DNA of 64,000 nt from a virus. Its lineage: Duplodnaviria > Caudoviricetes. Position numbers and translations under genes: made by a program. The notes below the pieces were generated by a model, which worked only from the letters and a program-made list of their open reading frames with translations, searched no databases and had not been told where the DNA came from. The stretch spans positions 1 to 64,000 of the IMG/VR virus record IMGVR_UViG_3300010362_000012. One strand, written 5' to 3'. Positions 43,094 through 51,880 of this stretch are shown piece by piece. Position 1 is the first letter of the stretch. Every line of letters starts with the position of its first letter.

Positions 43094-43752
43094 GACTGCT
43101 TGATCTCTACTGCGGCGCCGGCGGCGCTGCCGTCGGCTATCATCGCGCCGGCTTCGACGACATCGTCGGCGTCGATATTCAGTCGCAGCTACGCTACCCC
43201 TTCGAATTCGTGCAGGATGACGCGCTCGCATATGTCGCGCGGCATGGGCACGAGTTCGACGCGATTCATGCCAGCCCGCCCTGTCAGCGTTACTCGTGGT
43301 CCGCTCGACGCTGGCGTGAGATCGAGCGCGCGGACCTCATCGAGCCGACACGCCAGGCGCTCGAGCACACCGGGCGGCCCTTCATCATCGAGAACGTGAT
43401 CGGTGCGCCGCTCGCGCGACAGGTGCTGCTCTGCGGCGCGATGTTCGGGTTGCGTGTGCTCCGACATCGGATGTTCGAAAGTAACGTCCTGCTGCTTCAG
43501 CCGCGCCATCCGCAACACCGCGGGCGCGTGACAACCGGCGACTACGTGACGGTTGCCGGCCATGGCGGCGATAACGTGCGCGGCAACGGCTCGCGCGCGA
43601 TCAAGCGCGCCGCCATGGGCATCGACTGGATGACCGATCGGGAACTGAACGAAGCCATTCCGCCGGCCTATACCGAATTCCTCGGCCGGCAGCTTCTCGC
43701 CTGTCTCGACGACGAAGCCTGTCACGCGCGCGTCTTGGCCCTTCGAACGTGA
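43090..43752 (+). CDS. C5 cytosine DNA methyltransferase (mirror copy)
   Basis: Mirror of 40673-41335. Confidence 0.9.
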   Translation: MRLLDLYCGAGGAAVGYHRAGFDDIVGVDIQSQLRYPFEFVQDDALAYVARHGHEFDAIHASPPCQRYSWSARRWREIERADLIEPTRQALEHTGRPFIIENVIGAPLARQVLLCGAMFGLRVLRHRMFESNVLLLQPRHPQHRGRVTTGDYVTVAGHGGDNVRGNGSRAIKRAAMGIDWMTDRELNEAIPPAYTEFLGRQLLACLDDEACHARVLALRT

Positions 43753-43765
43753 AAGCGAGAATGCA

Positions 43766-43984
43766 ATGCCAGCACCATCAAAAGCCTCGCAGCGATTGTT
43801 TCAGGCCGCCAAGGCGGGAGCTGACTTCCCGATGGCGCGCCAAGTACGCGCGAGCATGTCCGACAGCGACTTGGAGGACTTCGCTTCCGGTTCGATGGCC
43901 GGGAAACCCGAACATGTGCGCTCGAGCAAACCGGCAGCGGCGCATTCGCTCCGCAATCTGAAGAAGCGGATCCATGGCAAGTGA
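43766..43984 (+). CDS. DUF3008-like protein (mirror copy)
   Basis: Mirror of 40441-40659. Confidence 0.6.
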   Translation: MPAPSKASQRLFQAAKAGADFPMARQVRASMSDSDLEDFASGSMAGKPEHVRSSKPAAAHSLRNLKKRIHGK

Positions 43985-44168
43985 CTTGAAGGGGTTCGTC
44001 GTCGGTGCCAAAGAACCCCCGCCACCCTGGGACGCTGTCGAGCGCCGCGTCGGCCCAGCCGATCGCCGCTCGAATGGACACGATCGTCGATGGGACGCGT
44101 CCATTGGACGGCGCCGCGGAAGGATGGATCGTCGGAAAAATGCCTCGAATGCGCGCTGGCGACCGTAA
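43974..44168 (+). CDS. (E/D)RR-repeat protein (mirror copy)
   Basis: Mirror of 40257-40451. Confidence 0.55.
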   Translation: MASDLKGFVVGAKEPPPPWDAVERRVGPADRRSNGHDRRWDASIGRRRGRMDRRKNASNARWRP

Positions 44169-44442
44169 GCGTTCCAACAGACAGCGTCGTCGATCCCAAC
44201 ATCGGCTGCGGACGCTCCTCGTCTGTGATGGCGTCCATCAACTGCTCGCGGTTGCCGGCGCGAATGTCAACGTCGCGGTGATTCGACGCTGGTCAGCGCG
44301 GCAGCGCGTCGAAGCGGTCGCGTGGGCGCAGGCCCAAATTGCCGCCTGGGCGAAAGACAAATCGGGTTGGCGGACGTCGGTCTACTGGCCGGAGCACGTC
44401 TCGCAGGCCCATCACCGCATCACGTCATCGGCAGCGGTTTGA
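44140..44442 (+). CDS. Hypothetical basic protein (mirror copy)
   Basis: Mirror of 39983-40285. Confidence 0.4.
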   Translation: MPRMRAGDRKRSNRQRRRSQHRLRTLLVCDGVHQLLAVAGANVNVAVIRRWSARQRVEAVAWAQAQIAAWAKDKSGWRTSVYWPEHVSQAHHRITSSAAV

Positions 44443-44689
44443 TCCGCGCACACTGCATACAAATCTTCGGCACGTCCTGATGCGGTCCCTTCGGGTTGAA
44501 GGCGATCGGCGCCGCGCAGCGATTGCAGATCGTGGTCGCCGCGCCGGCCGGCAGCGAGATATCGTAGTCGGCCACGCGCCGGCAGACGACGTGATCCGGG
44601 CGTCCTGGCGGCGCCGGCTCGAGCGGCCCGCCGCCGTGGCGCACACCGTAGTAGTTGCCCGCGTGAACGTCTGTCGGCCGCTTCTTCAT
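44420..44689 (-). CDS. Zinc-ribbon protein (mirror copy)
   Basis: Mirror of 39736-40005. Confidence 0.6.
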   Translation of the reverse strand: MKKRPTDVHAGNYYGVRHGGGPLEPAPPGRPDHVVCRRVADYDISLPAGAATTICNRCAAPIAFNPKGPHQDVPKICMQCARIKPLPMT

Positions 44690-44910
44690 CCGAGCAACAT
44701 TCCGAGATGCACGTATAGGAATTCGCGTGGCGTCCGATCCGCTCGATCACGATCGCTGTAGTACATGCGCAGGCACACCTTCAGCATCATGGGATCGGTT
44801 GTGTGCATGATGTCGATCAACGCCTTGCGATCCTCTGGTCGCAACGTATCAGATTCGAGCGCGGCGGCGATCTCGTCCACCGCCTGGGCCATCCGTTCAG
44901 GGCGATTCAT
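44686..44910 (-). CDS. Hypothetical protein (mirror copy)
   Basis: Mirror of 39515-39739. Confidence 0.6.
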   Translation of the reverse strand: MNRPERMAQAVDEIAAALESDTLRPEDRKALIDIMHTTDPMMLKVCLRMYYSDRDRADRTPREFLYVHLGMLLG

Positions 44911-45341
44911 GACGGCCACGAGATGCCGCGCGTCCCCTGACGGAGCTCGCGCAGATCGATCAGTACCATGCCGGCGCGCTCGACGTCGATGCCGACTTTC
45001 TCGCGCAGCAGTTTCACGAATATTTCGTCCGATGTCGCGGCCTCGGCGGCCTCGAGCAGCATCAGTCCAACCTCGCGCGCCTTCGCCGGCGGCATCTGCG
45101 ACCGTTGTTCGTTCAGCGTGAATTCCACATAGCCCTTCTGCGTCTTCTGCCCGTAGCTCGAGCTCACCGTGATGGAATCCACCTCGGGTTCTTCATCTGT
45201 CGTGACCTCGACCTCGCGGATGTTACGTGCCGCCAGGACCGCTTCAGCCTGCTGCCGGAAGGCCTCAATCACGCGATTCGGCGCGCTCGTCACCTTGAGC
45301 ATCGCCACGACTTCGTCGAGAATGAGCAGCGGCTTCGCCAT
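44907..45341 (-). CDS. Hypothetical protein (mirror copy)
   Basis: Mirror of 39084-39518. Confidence 0.7.
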   Translation of the reverse strand: MAKPLLILDEVVAMLKVTSAPNRVIEAFRQQAEAVLAARNIREVEVTTDEEPEVDSITVSSSYGQKTQKGYVEFTLNEQRSQMPPAKAREVGLMLLEAAEAATSDEIFVKLLREKVGIDVERAGMVLIDLRELRQGTRGISWPS

Positions 45342-45797
45342 TTACGGTGTCCCCGCCGGCAGGAGGCGTGACACGTCGAACGTGCCGGCCTGGATGCGGG
45401 GCACCAAAATCTCGCCGACCGTCTGGTTCGACCCCGGCACGACGATGAACGCCATGAATTCCTCTTCGAAGATCGAGATGCCGGCCTCGACCGCCTCGAG
45501 CTTCGCACGGACGATGAGATAGAGCGCCCGCCAGCGCTGCCGTTCCGCCTGGTCGATCGCGTCGTCGATTTGCCGCGGCGTCCGCGTGCGGCCCGCCGGC
45601 GAGCGCGCGTGATCTTTCCGAGCGGGCCGCGGCAGCACGAATCGGATCTGTTTGCCCTTCCAGCCGAATTCGATGATGTCCCTCGTCGAGTCCCACCCGG
45701 TGTGATACTGCTCGGCACCATGCTGCCGCAGCAGGCCTTCGATCTCGCGTTTGCTCTTATCGACGTTGACCGTCGTCGTGCTCGCGTAGCGGCTCAT
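45342..45797 (-). CDS. Conserved hypothetical phage protein (mirror copy)
   Basis: Mirror of 38628-39083. Confidence 0.75.
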   Translation of the reverse strand: MSRYASTTTVNVDKSKREIEGLLRQHGAEQYHTGWDSTRDIIEFGWKGKQIRFVLPRPARKDHARSPAGRTRTPRQIDDAIDQAERQRWRALYLIVRAKLEAVEAGISIFEEEFMAFIVVPGSNQTVGEILVPRIQAGTFDVSRLLPAGTP

Positions 45798-46018
45798 TGA
45801 CGGCCGAGCGACTGATAGAACGCCAGGTTGTCGGCACGCTCGGCCGCGGACGTTGCCCAACGCACGTTGCCCGGCCCGAACCAGCGTTGCGTGCGGTCAA
45901 GCATCGTCAACCAACTCAGGGCGTCCCAGTCGGCGTCGGTCAACGGTTCGTCCGCGGCGAACTTCCTCATCGCCACCCAGGTCTGTCGCATCGCATGTTG
46001 GTCAGCCGATTCGGGCAT
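45794..46018 (-). CDS. Hypothetical protein (mirror copy)
   Basis: Mirror of 38407-38631. Confidence 0.6.
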   Translation of the reverse strand: MPESADQHAMRQTWVAMRKFAADEPLTDADWDALSWLTMLDRTQRWFGPGNVRWATSAAERADNLAFYQSLGRQ

Positions 46019-46029
46019 CGTCGGTCACC

Positions 46030-46284
46030 TCATCTCTCTGCGCGCTGTGCTTTCCAGTAGGCGCGCATCCGTTTCGATATCGCCTTACGCGCGGCGGCCG
46101 ACATGCGGCGGGGCCGCTGCTTCTTCGGCGTGGCGACCTTGGCCGCGGCGGCGTGGCCGTTCGGCGCGACACTCGCACGGGCTGATTCCAGAATACCGAG
46201 CGCGGTTCGCAGCTTGTCGAGCTCGTCCTGGCGCACTTCAATCTCGGCATTGAGCGCCGCCACCGACGGGTTCACCTCACTCAT
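46030..46284 (-). CDS. Nucleoid-like basic protein (mirror copy)
   Basis: Mirror of 38141-38395. Confidence 0.7.
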   Translation of the reverse strand: MSEVNPSVAALNAEIEVRQDELDKLRTALGILESARASVAPNGHAAAAKVATPKKQRPRRMSAAARKAISKRMRAYWKAQRAER

Positions 46285-46454
46285 GTATTCGCTCCTTCTT
46301 TGTCATCACGCGCCCGCCGCACGATGTCGGCAAGCTGCAGCCGCAAATAATCCGACGGCGTGCGCTGCGCTTTGCGCGCCAGTCGGAACAGGTCATCACG
46401 CAAGCGGCGCGGGCCGCGCACGGAAATCGTCACCGTCGATCGAGATTTCGCCAT
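46281..46454 (-). CDS. RHH regulator (mirror copy)
   Basis: Mirror of 37971-38144. Confidence 0.7.
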   Translation of the reverse strand: MAKSRSTVTISVRGPRRLRDDLFRLARKAQRTPSDYLRLQLADIVRRARDDKEGANT

Positions 46455-46579
46455 GAGGCTGACTAGTGTAGACAACTGTCTACACGGTTGACAAGTGTTA
46501 CGGGATCTGCCCTACTACGCCTCTGCGGGTGCTTTCCAGTGGCTGCCCAGCCCACCGCCCGCGTCAGAAGGAGTCCGAC

Positions 46580-47005
46580 ATGGACTCAGTCACAGTCGAG
46601 GTATTGGCGGCTCTCGGCCTCTATCCACGTGGAACAGTTTCACGTTCCACATTTCAGCGGCGCAGGCCGCGACGGGTGAAGACGGGTATCTCTCCGCTCT
46701 GTTCGAAGTGCGGCGAGGACAACGATCGTCCTGGGCAGCGGTACTGTCGCGCCTGCCACAACGAATATGCCCGCGCGACGCGACCGAAGCACTCCGAGTT
46801 GGATCCCGAAGCTCGGCGCCGTGCGAATTGCCGTCGTCTGACAAATTCTCATCTCGCTCGCGGGAAGCTCGAGCGCCGGCCGTGCGCGTGCGGCTCGATG
46901 GACGAACTGCAGGTTCGCCAACTTGGTGATTACAGCGACCCGTTCGACGTCGAGTTCATTTGCAAGACGTGTCGAACGGGCGTACGCCATGTCGCCGCAG
47001 CTTGA
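46580..47005 (+). CDS. Degenerate HNH-like protein (mirror copy)
   Basis: Mirror of 37420-37845. Confidence 0.6.
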   Translation: MDSVTVEVLAALGLYPRGTVSRSTFQRRRPRRVKTGISPLCSKCGEDNDRPGQRYCRACHNEYARATRPKHSELDPEARRRANCRRLTNSHLARGKLERRPCACGSMDELQVRQLGDYSDPFDVEFICKTCRTGVRHVAAA

Positions 47006-47107
47006 TGGGTGTTCCGGCAGGAACGTGATACAGTAGAGCGAGGCAACTGACGTGATGAGACGTCAGCCGCCTCTAACCACGAACCGGCACATAGGAGGTG
47101 CCGACAG

Positions 47108-47476
47108 ATGGCTGACCCTAAGCATACTCGCGTCTTCGTTTCTTTCACGTTGGCGGCTGCACTCGTCCTCAGTGCGTGCGGCGGATCGTCTCCGACAGCA
47201 CCTACAACCCCCCCCGTGCCAGCCACTCCTGCGTGCCAAGCGAATAACACCGCGGAGATCACATTTCGCAACGGCACCAATCTGACGTTGAATGTCCAGT
47301 GGGACGGTTCTCTCGTCAGCACACTCGGACCCAGTCAGCAGTCGCAGTCGATGACGGTTGCGGCTGGTGTGCAGCACCGCGACGCGTTCATCGTCGCGAA
47401 TACAGGCTTGACGTTCTGCGCGGGCACGCCAGTCCTGGCGCAGTGCTCTTCGATCGTCATCACCTGCACACCGTAG
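47108..47476 (+). CDS. Lipoprotein (mirror copy)
   Basis: Mirror of 36949-37317. Confidence 0.8.
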   Translation: MADPKHTRVFVSFTLAAALVLSACGGSSPTAPTTPPVPATPACQANNTAEITFRNGTNLTLNVQWDGSLVSTLGPSQQSQSMTVAAGVQHRDAFIVANTGLTFCAGTPVLAQCSSIVITCTP

Positions 47477-47478
47477 TC

Positions 47479-48657
47479 TCACGATGTCGATGGTTGCCAG
47501 CAACCTTGCACGGTAACGCCCAGGCCGATCGAGTCCTGACTGCAGCGTTGGACGGCTTCGTCGCTGCAGGCGTCGCGCGTGTATTCGTACGGGACCGTTT
47601 CCCAGAGACAGAGCACCGGACGGCCACGGCGGCGACTCGCGTCGTGGAACCAGTCCGGTGCGCTGATCGACGGCGCAGTCGCGTTCGGATGCGTCAGGTT
47701 GCTGCTATCGATGAAGCCCTGCGCGAGCGGCATCGGCGTGCCGGGCGGCAGGAAGCGGTCGCAGATCTCGATCCAGCGATCCCACCAGCGCGGCTTGCCG
47801 TGCGCGTCGAGGCCCGGTCCCCCACTGACGTAGGCGGGGCCGTTGTTGCCGTGATCGGTCTGATAGAGCAAGCCGTCGATCTCCACGCCAGCGCTCTTGT
47901 AGTACGCGCCCTGTTCGTCGCCTTCGTACGGATCCTCGACCTCGAGCCAGGCGCCTTCGTCGGGATTCTGATCGCTTTGCTTCCAATAGAGCTCGGTCGG
48001 GTTCCAGTCGGGCGTGGTTGGCTTGTTCGGTTTGTAGCTGCCCCAGTAGCCGGCCGGCGTGCAGCGCGTCGGCTGCAGCCAGAGCGCGAGCAGCCCGTCG
48101 TCGCCGACGTGTGATCGCATCAGCTTCAGCGCGTCGTCCATGTTCTTGCAGTTGTACGCGCCGCCCCGATCGAGATTCTGCTCGTAGCCGGCGCAGTACC
48201 ACGCATCCTTCGCCAGGTGCGCGACGGCGTCGAGGGTCCGCGCCATCTGCCCGTTGTAAATTTCCTGATGGGTGCCTCCGTCCGCGGTGCCGACGAGAAT
48301 GATCGGCGTGAAGCCCTCCGCGACGATGTAGTCACAGAGTGCGCCGTAGTCGGCGAGATTGGTGCGGAAATCGTAGGTCGCGCCCGCCATGTAGCCGGGA
48401 TAGCCGCCCTGCACGGCGAGCTGGATGGCATTCACGCCGAGTGATCGCTTAACCTCGAGGCAGCGATCGAGTCGCGTGAAATCGCGGCTCTGCCACCACA
48501 CGCCGAAGTAAATCGGATCGAACACGACCTCGTCTTCATCATCGCGATGACTGCAGTAGCTCGCCAGAAAATTGCGCCGGTCGCGCGGTGGCCGCGGGAC
48601 TGTCATGGCCGCGCTGTTGATCACGAGGGCCGTCTCTACGCGCGTGAGCGTTCGCAT
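47479..48657 (-). CDS. Glycoside hydrolase-like protein (mirror copy)
   Basis: Mirror of 35768-36946. Confidence 0.5.
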   Translation of the reverse strand: MRTLTRVETALVINSAAMTVPRPPRDRRNFLASYCSHRDDEDEVVFDPIYFGVWWQSRDFTRLDRCLEVKRSLGVNAIQLAVQGGYPGYMAGATYDFRTNLADYGALCDYIVAEGFTPIILVGTADGGTHQEIYNGQMARTLDAVAHLAKDAWYCAGYEQNLDRGGAYNCKNMDDALKLMRSHVGDDGLLALWLQPTRCTPAGYWGSYKPNKPTTPDWNPTELYWKQSDQNPDEGAWLEVEDPYEGDEQGAYYKSAGVEIDGLLYQTDHGNNGPAYVSGGPGLDAHGKPRWWDRWIEICDRFLPPGTPMPLAQGFIDSSNLTHPNATAPSISAPDWFHDASRRRGRPVLCLWETVPYEYTRDACSDEAVQRCSQDSIGLGVTVQGCWQPSTS

Positions 48658-48661
48658 CGCT

Positions 48662-48922
48662 TCACCCTTTCGGCTTGTCGTGATCTCTCGGCACGGCGAT
48701 GACCTTCGTCGCGGCGGAAATCAAGGGTTGCAGTTGCTCGGCCATCGCGCGTTCTGTCGCGCCGGCGAAAATCATGATCGCGAGATTTTCCGGAAATCCC
48801 GCGTGGACATCTGAGCGCACGTGAATCGGTTTTCCGTCGCGGAGCCGCTTCAGGTTCTCGTACGACAGTCCGAGCACGATGATCTGTTTACCATCGTCGC
48901 CAGTCGCAAGGGCCGTGATCAT
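48662..48922 (-). CDS. Hypothetical protein (mirror copy)
   Basis: Mirror of 35503-35763. Confidence 0.65.
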   Translation of the reverse strand: MITALATGDDGKQIIVLGLSYENLKRLRDGKPIHVRSDVHAGFPENLAIMIFAGATERAMAEQLQPLISAATKVIAVPRDHDKPKG

Positions 48923-49266
48923 ACGTTCGGCCAGTCGGTGGCGAGCGGAATCAGAAAGGCCTTGCCGCCGACGATCGGGCGGTAGACGAGCCAGTTGCCG
49001 CTCGGTTTCGCGAGCTCGTACGCGCCGTTCGCGCCCGATTCGCGCGCTTGCAGCGTGCCATCGGGTTGCACACTGAGCACGTCGCCGACTTCGGCCGGCG
49101 ATCCGTCGCCGCGCCTGATCGTGGGATCATCGTCGATCGTCACCGTGACGTAGCCGTCGAACTGCTCGACGCATTTGTCTTTCGCGACCGCCTCGATCGC
49201 GCGCGGCGCGGCCTCGGCTGCCGTGGTCGCGTCATCGGTCGGTTTCGGAGCGGCGTGCTTCGTCAT
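48919..49266 (-). CDS. Hypothetical protein (mirror copy)
   Basis: Mirror of 35159-35506. Confidence 0.65.
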   Translation of the reverse strand: MTKHAAPKPTDDATTAAEAAPRAIEAVAKDKCVEQFDGYVTVTIDDDPTIRRGDGSPAEVGDVLSVQPDGTLQARESGANGAYELAKPSGNWLVYRPIVGGKAFLIPLATDWPNV

Positions 49267-49562
49267 GCGGCACTTCCTCTGGCTTCGCGGGCCGCTTGCG
49301 CGGCGCGCCGTTTGTTGTCGTCCCACACGTCGCGGCGTGGCGCGTCCAGCACCATCCGCTTCCAGTCATCGCGATCGGCCGACACGCGGGTGAGTTCCTC
49401 GTCATGGTGCTGGTTCAGCATGTCGATCACTTCGCGATGTTGCCAGCCGAAGATCCACCACTTTTTCCAGCCGCCGATCAGGATCGCGATGAGGATGCCC
49501 AGCAGGCCCGTCTCGTGCAGCACTTGCCACGCATCGCGGACGGGTCGTTCGGACAGTTGCAT
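49263..49562 (-). CDS. Holin-like protein (mirror copy)
   Basis: Mirror of 34863-35162. Confidence 0.5.
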   Translation of the reverse strand: MQLSERPVRDAWQVLHETGLLGILIAILIGGWKKWWIFGWQHREVIDMLNQHHDEELTRVSADRDDWKRMVLDAPRRDVWDDNKRRAAQAAREARGSAA

Positions 49563-49592
49563 CACCGCCCCGGCTGATCGTACCGCGCATTG

Positions 49593-49742
49593 TCAATGCA
49601 CGTCGCGGTCGCACATTTCCGCCACACGCTTGCGCGTCATGAGCACGCGGAGCTCCGAGTCGCGACTCCCCCGCCGCGCGCGCCACCAGACGACGAGCCC
49701 GATCACGATCGCGCTGTTGAACATCCAGAGGGCGATGGTCAT
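49593..49742 (-). CDS. Single-TM protein (mirror copy)
   Basis: Mirror of 34683-34832. Confidence 0.55.
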   Translation of the reverse strand: MTIALWMFNSAIVIGLVVWWRARRGSRDSELRVLMTRKRVAEMCDRDVH

Positions 49743-50002
49743 GTGTCTTCTCCGTATCGGCCGCGCCGGCCGGCGCTGACGGCCCCGACCGGAAAAGGGG
49801 CTGGACTGAAGGGCGCGATCGGATCCGGGAGCGGCGGCAGATCATCCGGAACCGCCGCGTCCGCGCAGACGGGACAACGCACGAGCGCGCGCGTGACCTG
49901 GTGCATCCGGATCTCGACCATCGCGTCCCCGCGCCGGATCTTGGCGCGGCATCGGCCGCAGAAGCGATTGCGGGTTGCCCGGACCCACTGGCGCGTCGTC
50001 AC
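49739..50002 (-). CDS. Zinc-finger protein (mirror copy)
   Basis: Mirror of 34423-34686. Confidence 0.6.
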   Translation of the reverse strand: MTTRQWVRATRNRFCGRCRAKIRRGDAMVEIRMHQVTRALVRCPVCADAAVPDDLPPLPDPIAPFSPAPFPVGAVSAGRRGRYGEDT

Positions 50003-50709
50003 CGCACACCCATCGCGGCGTGCAAGCTCTCGCGTTCGAGCTCGACGCGATTCACGGCGTACTCGGCGGCCAACTTCGCCCGACACTCCGCCGGTGACCG
50101 GCAGGGCGGGTCGTGACCCAGGCAGCGTCCTAAGCGCAGTTTCATCACTTCGGCCGCTCGGTTCCGGTCGTCTCTGGTGATGCGGGGGGTTGTTTCGGGG
50201 GGGTCCCCCCTTTTAAGGGGGGTAGGGGGGTTCTTAGTATTTAGATCTGTACAGATCGATCTGTTACGTGCGGGGACTCTAGAGTCCCCCTGAAACCCCA
50301 CTTCAAGTCCCTCTGAACGCCCTTTCAGAGGGATCGTAGAGTCCCCCTGCTCGGCCAGAGGGACTGTAGAGTCCTCCTGCTTGGGAGCCTCCCGAAAGTA
50401 GTCGATCCCGACGAGCTCGATCAGGAGCGCGGCATTTTTCCCGTCGCGCCGGCGTTCGGTCGTGCGGATGGCGTCGATGTCGCGCAGATGATCGAGCGCG
50501 CGGGCGATCGTGCGGACGGACTTGCAGCCCAGTTCCGCGGCGAGTCGCTGGCGATCGGGATGAAAGGTGCGATGGCGATAGCCGTAGGTGGACGCGAGAT
50601 GACTGTACAGGTGGGCGGCGAGGGGTTTACCGCGGCATTGTTTGATCACCCACTGGTACGTCCGTCCCCACTGCGGCTCGCGGCGCGGGGGGTCAGCAGT
50701 GTCGGTCAT
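49999..50709 (-). CDS. HTH replication initiator (mirror copy)
   Basis: Mirror of 33716-34426. Confidence 0.7.
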   Translation of the reverse strand: MTDTADPPRREPQWGRTYQWVIKQCRGKPLAAHLYSHLASTYGYRHRTFHPDRQRLAAELGCKSVRTIARALDHLRDIDAIRTTERRRDGKNAALLIELVGIDYFREAPKQEDSTVPLAEQGDSTIPLKGRSEGLEVGFQGDSRVPARNRSICTDLNTKNPPTPLKRGDPPETTPRITRDDRNRAAEVMKLRLGRCLGHDPPCRSPAECRAKLAAEYAVNRVELERESLHAAMGVR

Positions 50710-51053
50710 GCTTGACCGGTGTGCAGCGAACAAGGCTGTCCGCCGATACGGAAAGTGCCAGGCGTGCCACACCTGTGGGCCATGTGCGCGGCAGATGCCG
50801 CCTGAGAGGCGGCGATGGGGGTCCGGCGGCGAGTGGAGGGGACCAGCCGGGACCGTAAACACCTAGCCGAAACTCGCGAGTTGCACACGTTACCGCTCCG
50901 TTTCATGGAAAGAAACTGGGTTATTTACCAGTTATTTTTCGGCTGACACAACCCCTTGGGGCGAAGACATTGGCGGGCACAATACCACAATCCTGACTCA
51001 ATGTCAGATTGTCCGGTACTGTTGTTAATTCGTGTTATAGAATCTGACTCACT

Positions 51054-51248
51054 ATGGCGCGTAACACCTCGCGTAAGACCCTCTACCTCCGACTGGAAGC
51101 CGAACTGCTCGACAAGGTCGATGCGTTGGCTGCCGAAGGCGACCGTTCGCGAACAGCTCAGGTTAGGCGGATGTTGCTACGCGAACTGAAGCGGTTGACT
51201 CGGACGCCAGAGACGCCATCGCCGGCTGAAGGCGCGAGCGCAGCGTGA
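51054..51248 (+). CDS. RHH regulator (mirror copy)
   Basis: Mirror of 33177-33371. Confidence 0.8.
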   Translation: MARNTSRKTLYLRLEAELLDKVDALAAEGDRSRTAQVRRMLLRELKRLTRTPETPSPAEGASAA

Positions 51249-51251
51249 TCC

Positions 51252-51764
51252 GTGCGCGGGTGGGAACGCGTCACGCCGACCGATCTCGCCCGCCTCGCCG
51301 CGCCGAAACAAAGGCCTGCTGAGGCACGGCAGAAGTACCGCGCCGAGCCCTGCATCGTCACACCTGACGGCACGCTATTCACCGCGGCCGACATCACCAC
51401 CGCAGAATTCGCTCAGCAACGCATCGGCACGGGCACGCTGAAAGAACGCGCCGCGCGCTGCGCGATCGTCGGCCTCTGGTTCGCCTCGACGAAGGAAGGC
51501 CGGCGCTATCTCGAGCTCAAGCGGCTCGAGCAGGCGAAGGCGATCAGCGATCTGCAGTGCCAGGTCGAATACGATCTCACCGTCGTGTCGATCGTCGATG
51601 GCCGCACGCACGTCGTCGGCAAGTGGATCGCGGATTTCGTGTATCGTCGCGCCGGCGAGGTCGCGTTCGTGACCGAAGACACGAAGGGCGTGAAGACGAA
51701 GCTCTATCGACGATCGCGCCGCCACTTCGAAGCGCAGTACGGGATGCCGATCCTCGAAACATGA
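51252..51764 (+). CDS. DUF1064-like nuclease (mirror copy)
   Basis: Mirror of 32661-33173. Confidence 0.8.
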   Translation: MRGWERVTPTDLARLAAPKQRPAEARQKYRAEPCIVTPDGTLFTAADITTAEFAQQRIGTGTLKERAARCAIVGLWFASTKEGRRYLELKRLEQAKAISDLQCQVEYDLTVVSIVDGRTHVVGKWIADFVYRRAGEVAFVTEDTKGVKTKLYRRSRRHFEAQYGMPILET

Positions 51765-51880
51765 GCGCCAATGACCGCGACGAGATTCTCTGTCCACGTT
51801 GCAACCGTTGGACGTGGCATCACGGCTGGTGCGTACACTGTTTCGTCTTGATCACCAGGCGGATCACGAGCCGATCATGA
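51761..51880 (+). CDS. Zinc-knuckle peptide (mirror copy)
   Basis: Mirror of 32545-32664. Confidence 0.55.
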   Translation: MSANDRDEILCPRCNRWTWHHGWCVHCFVLITRRITSRS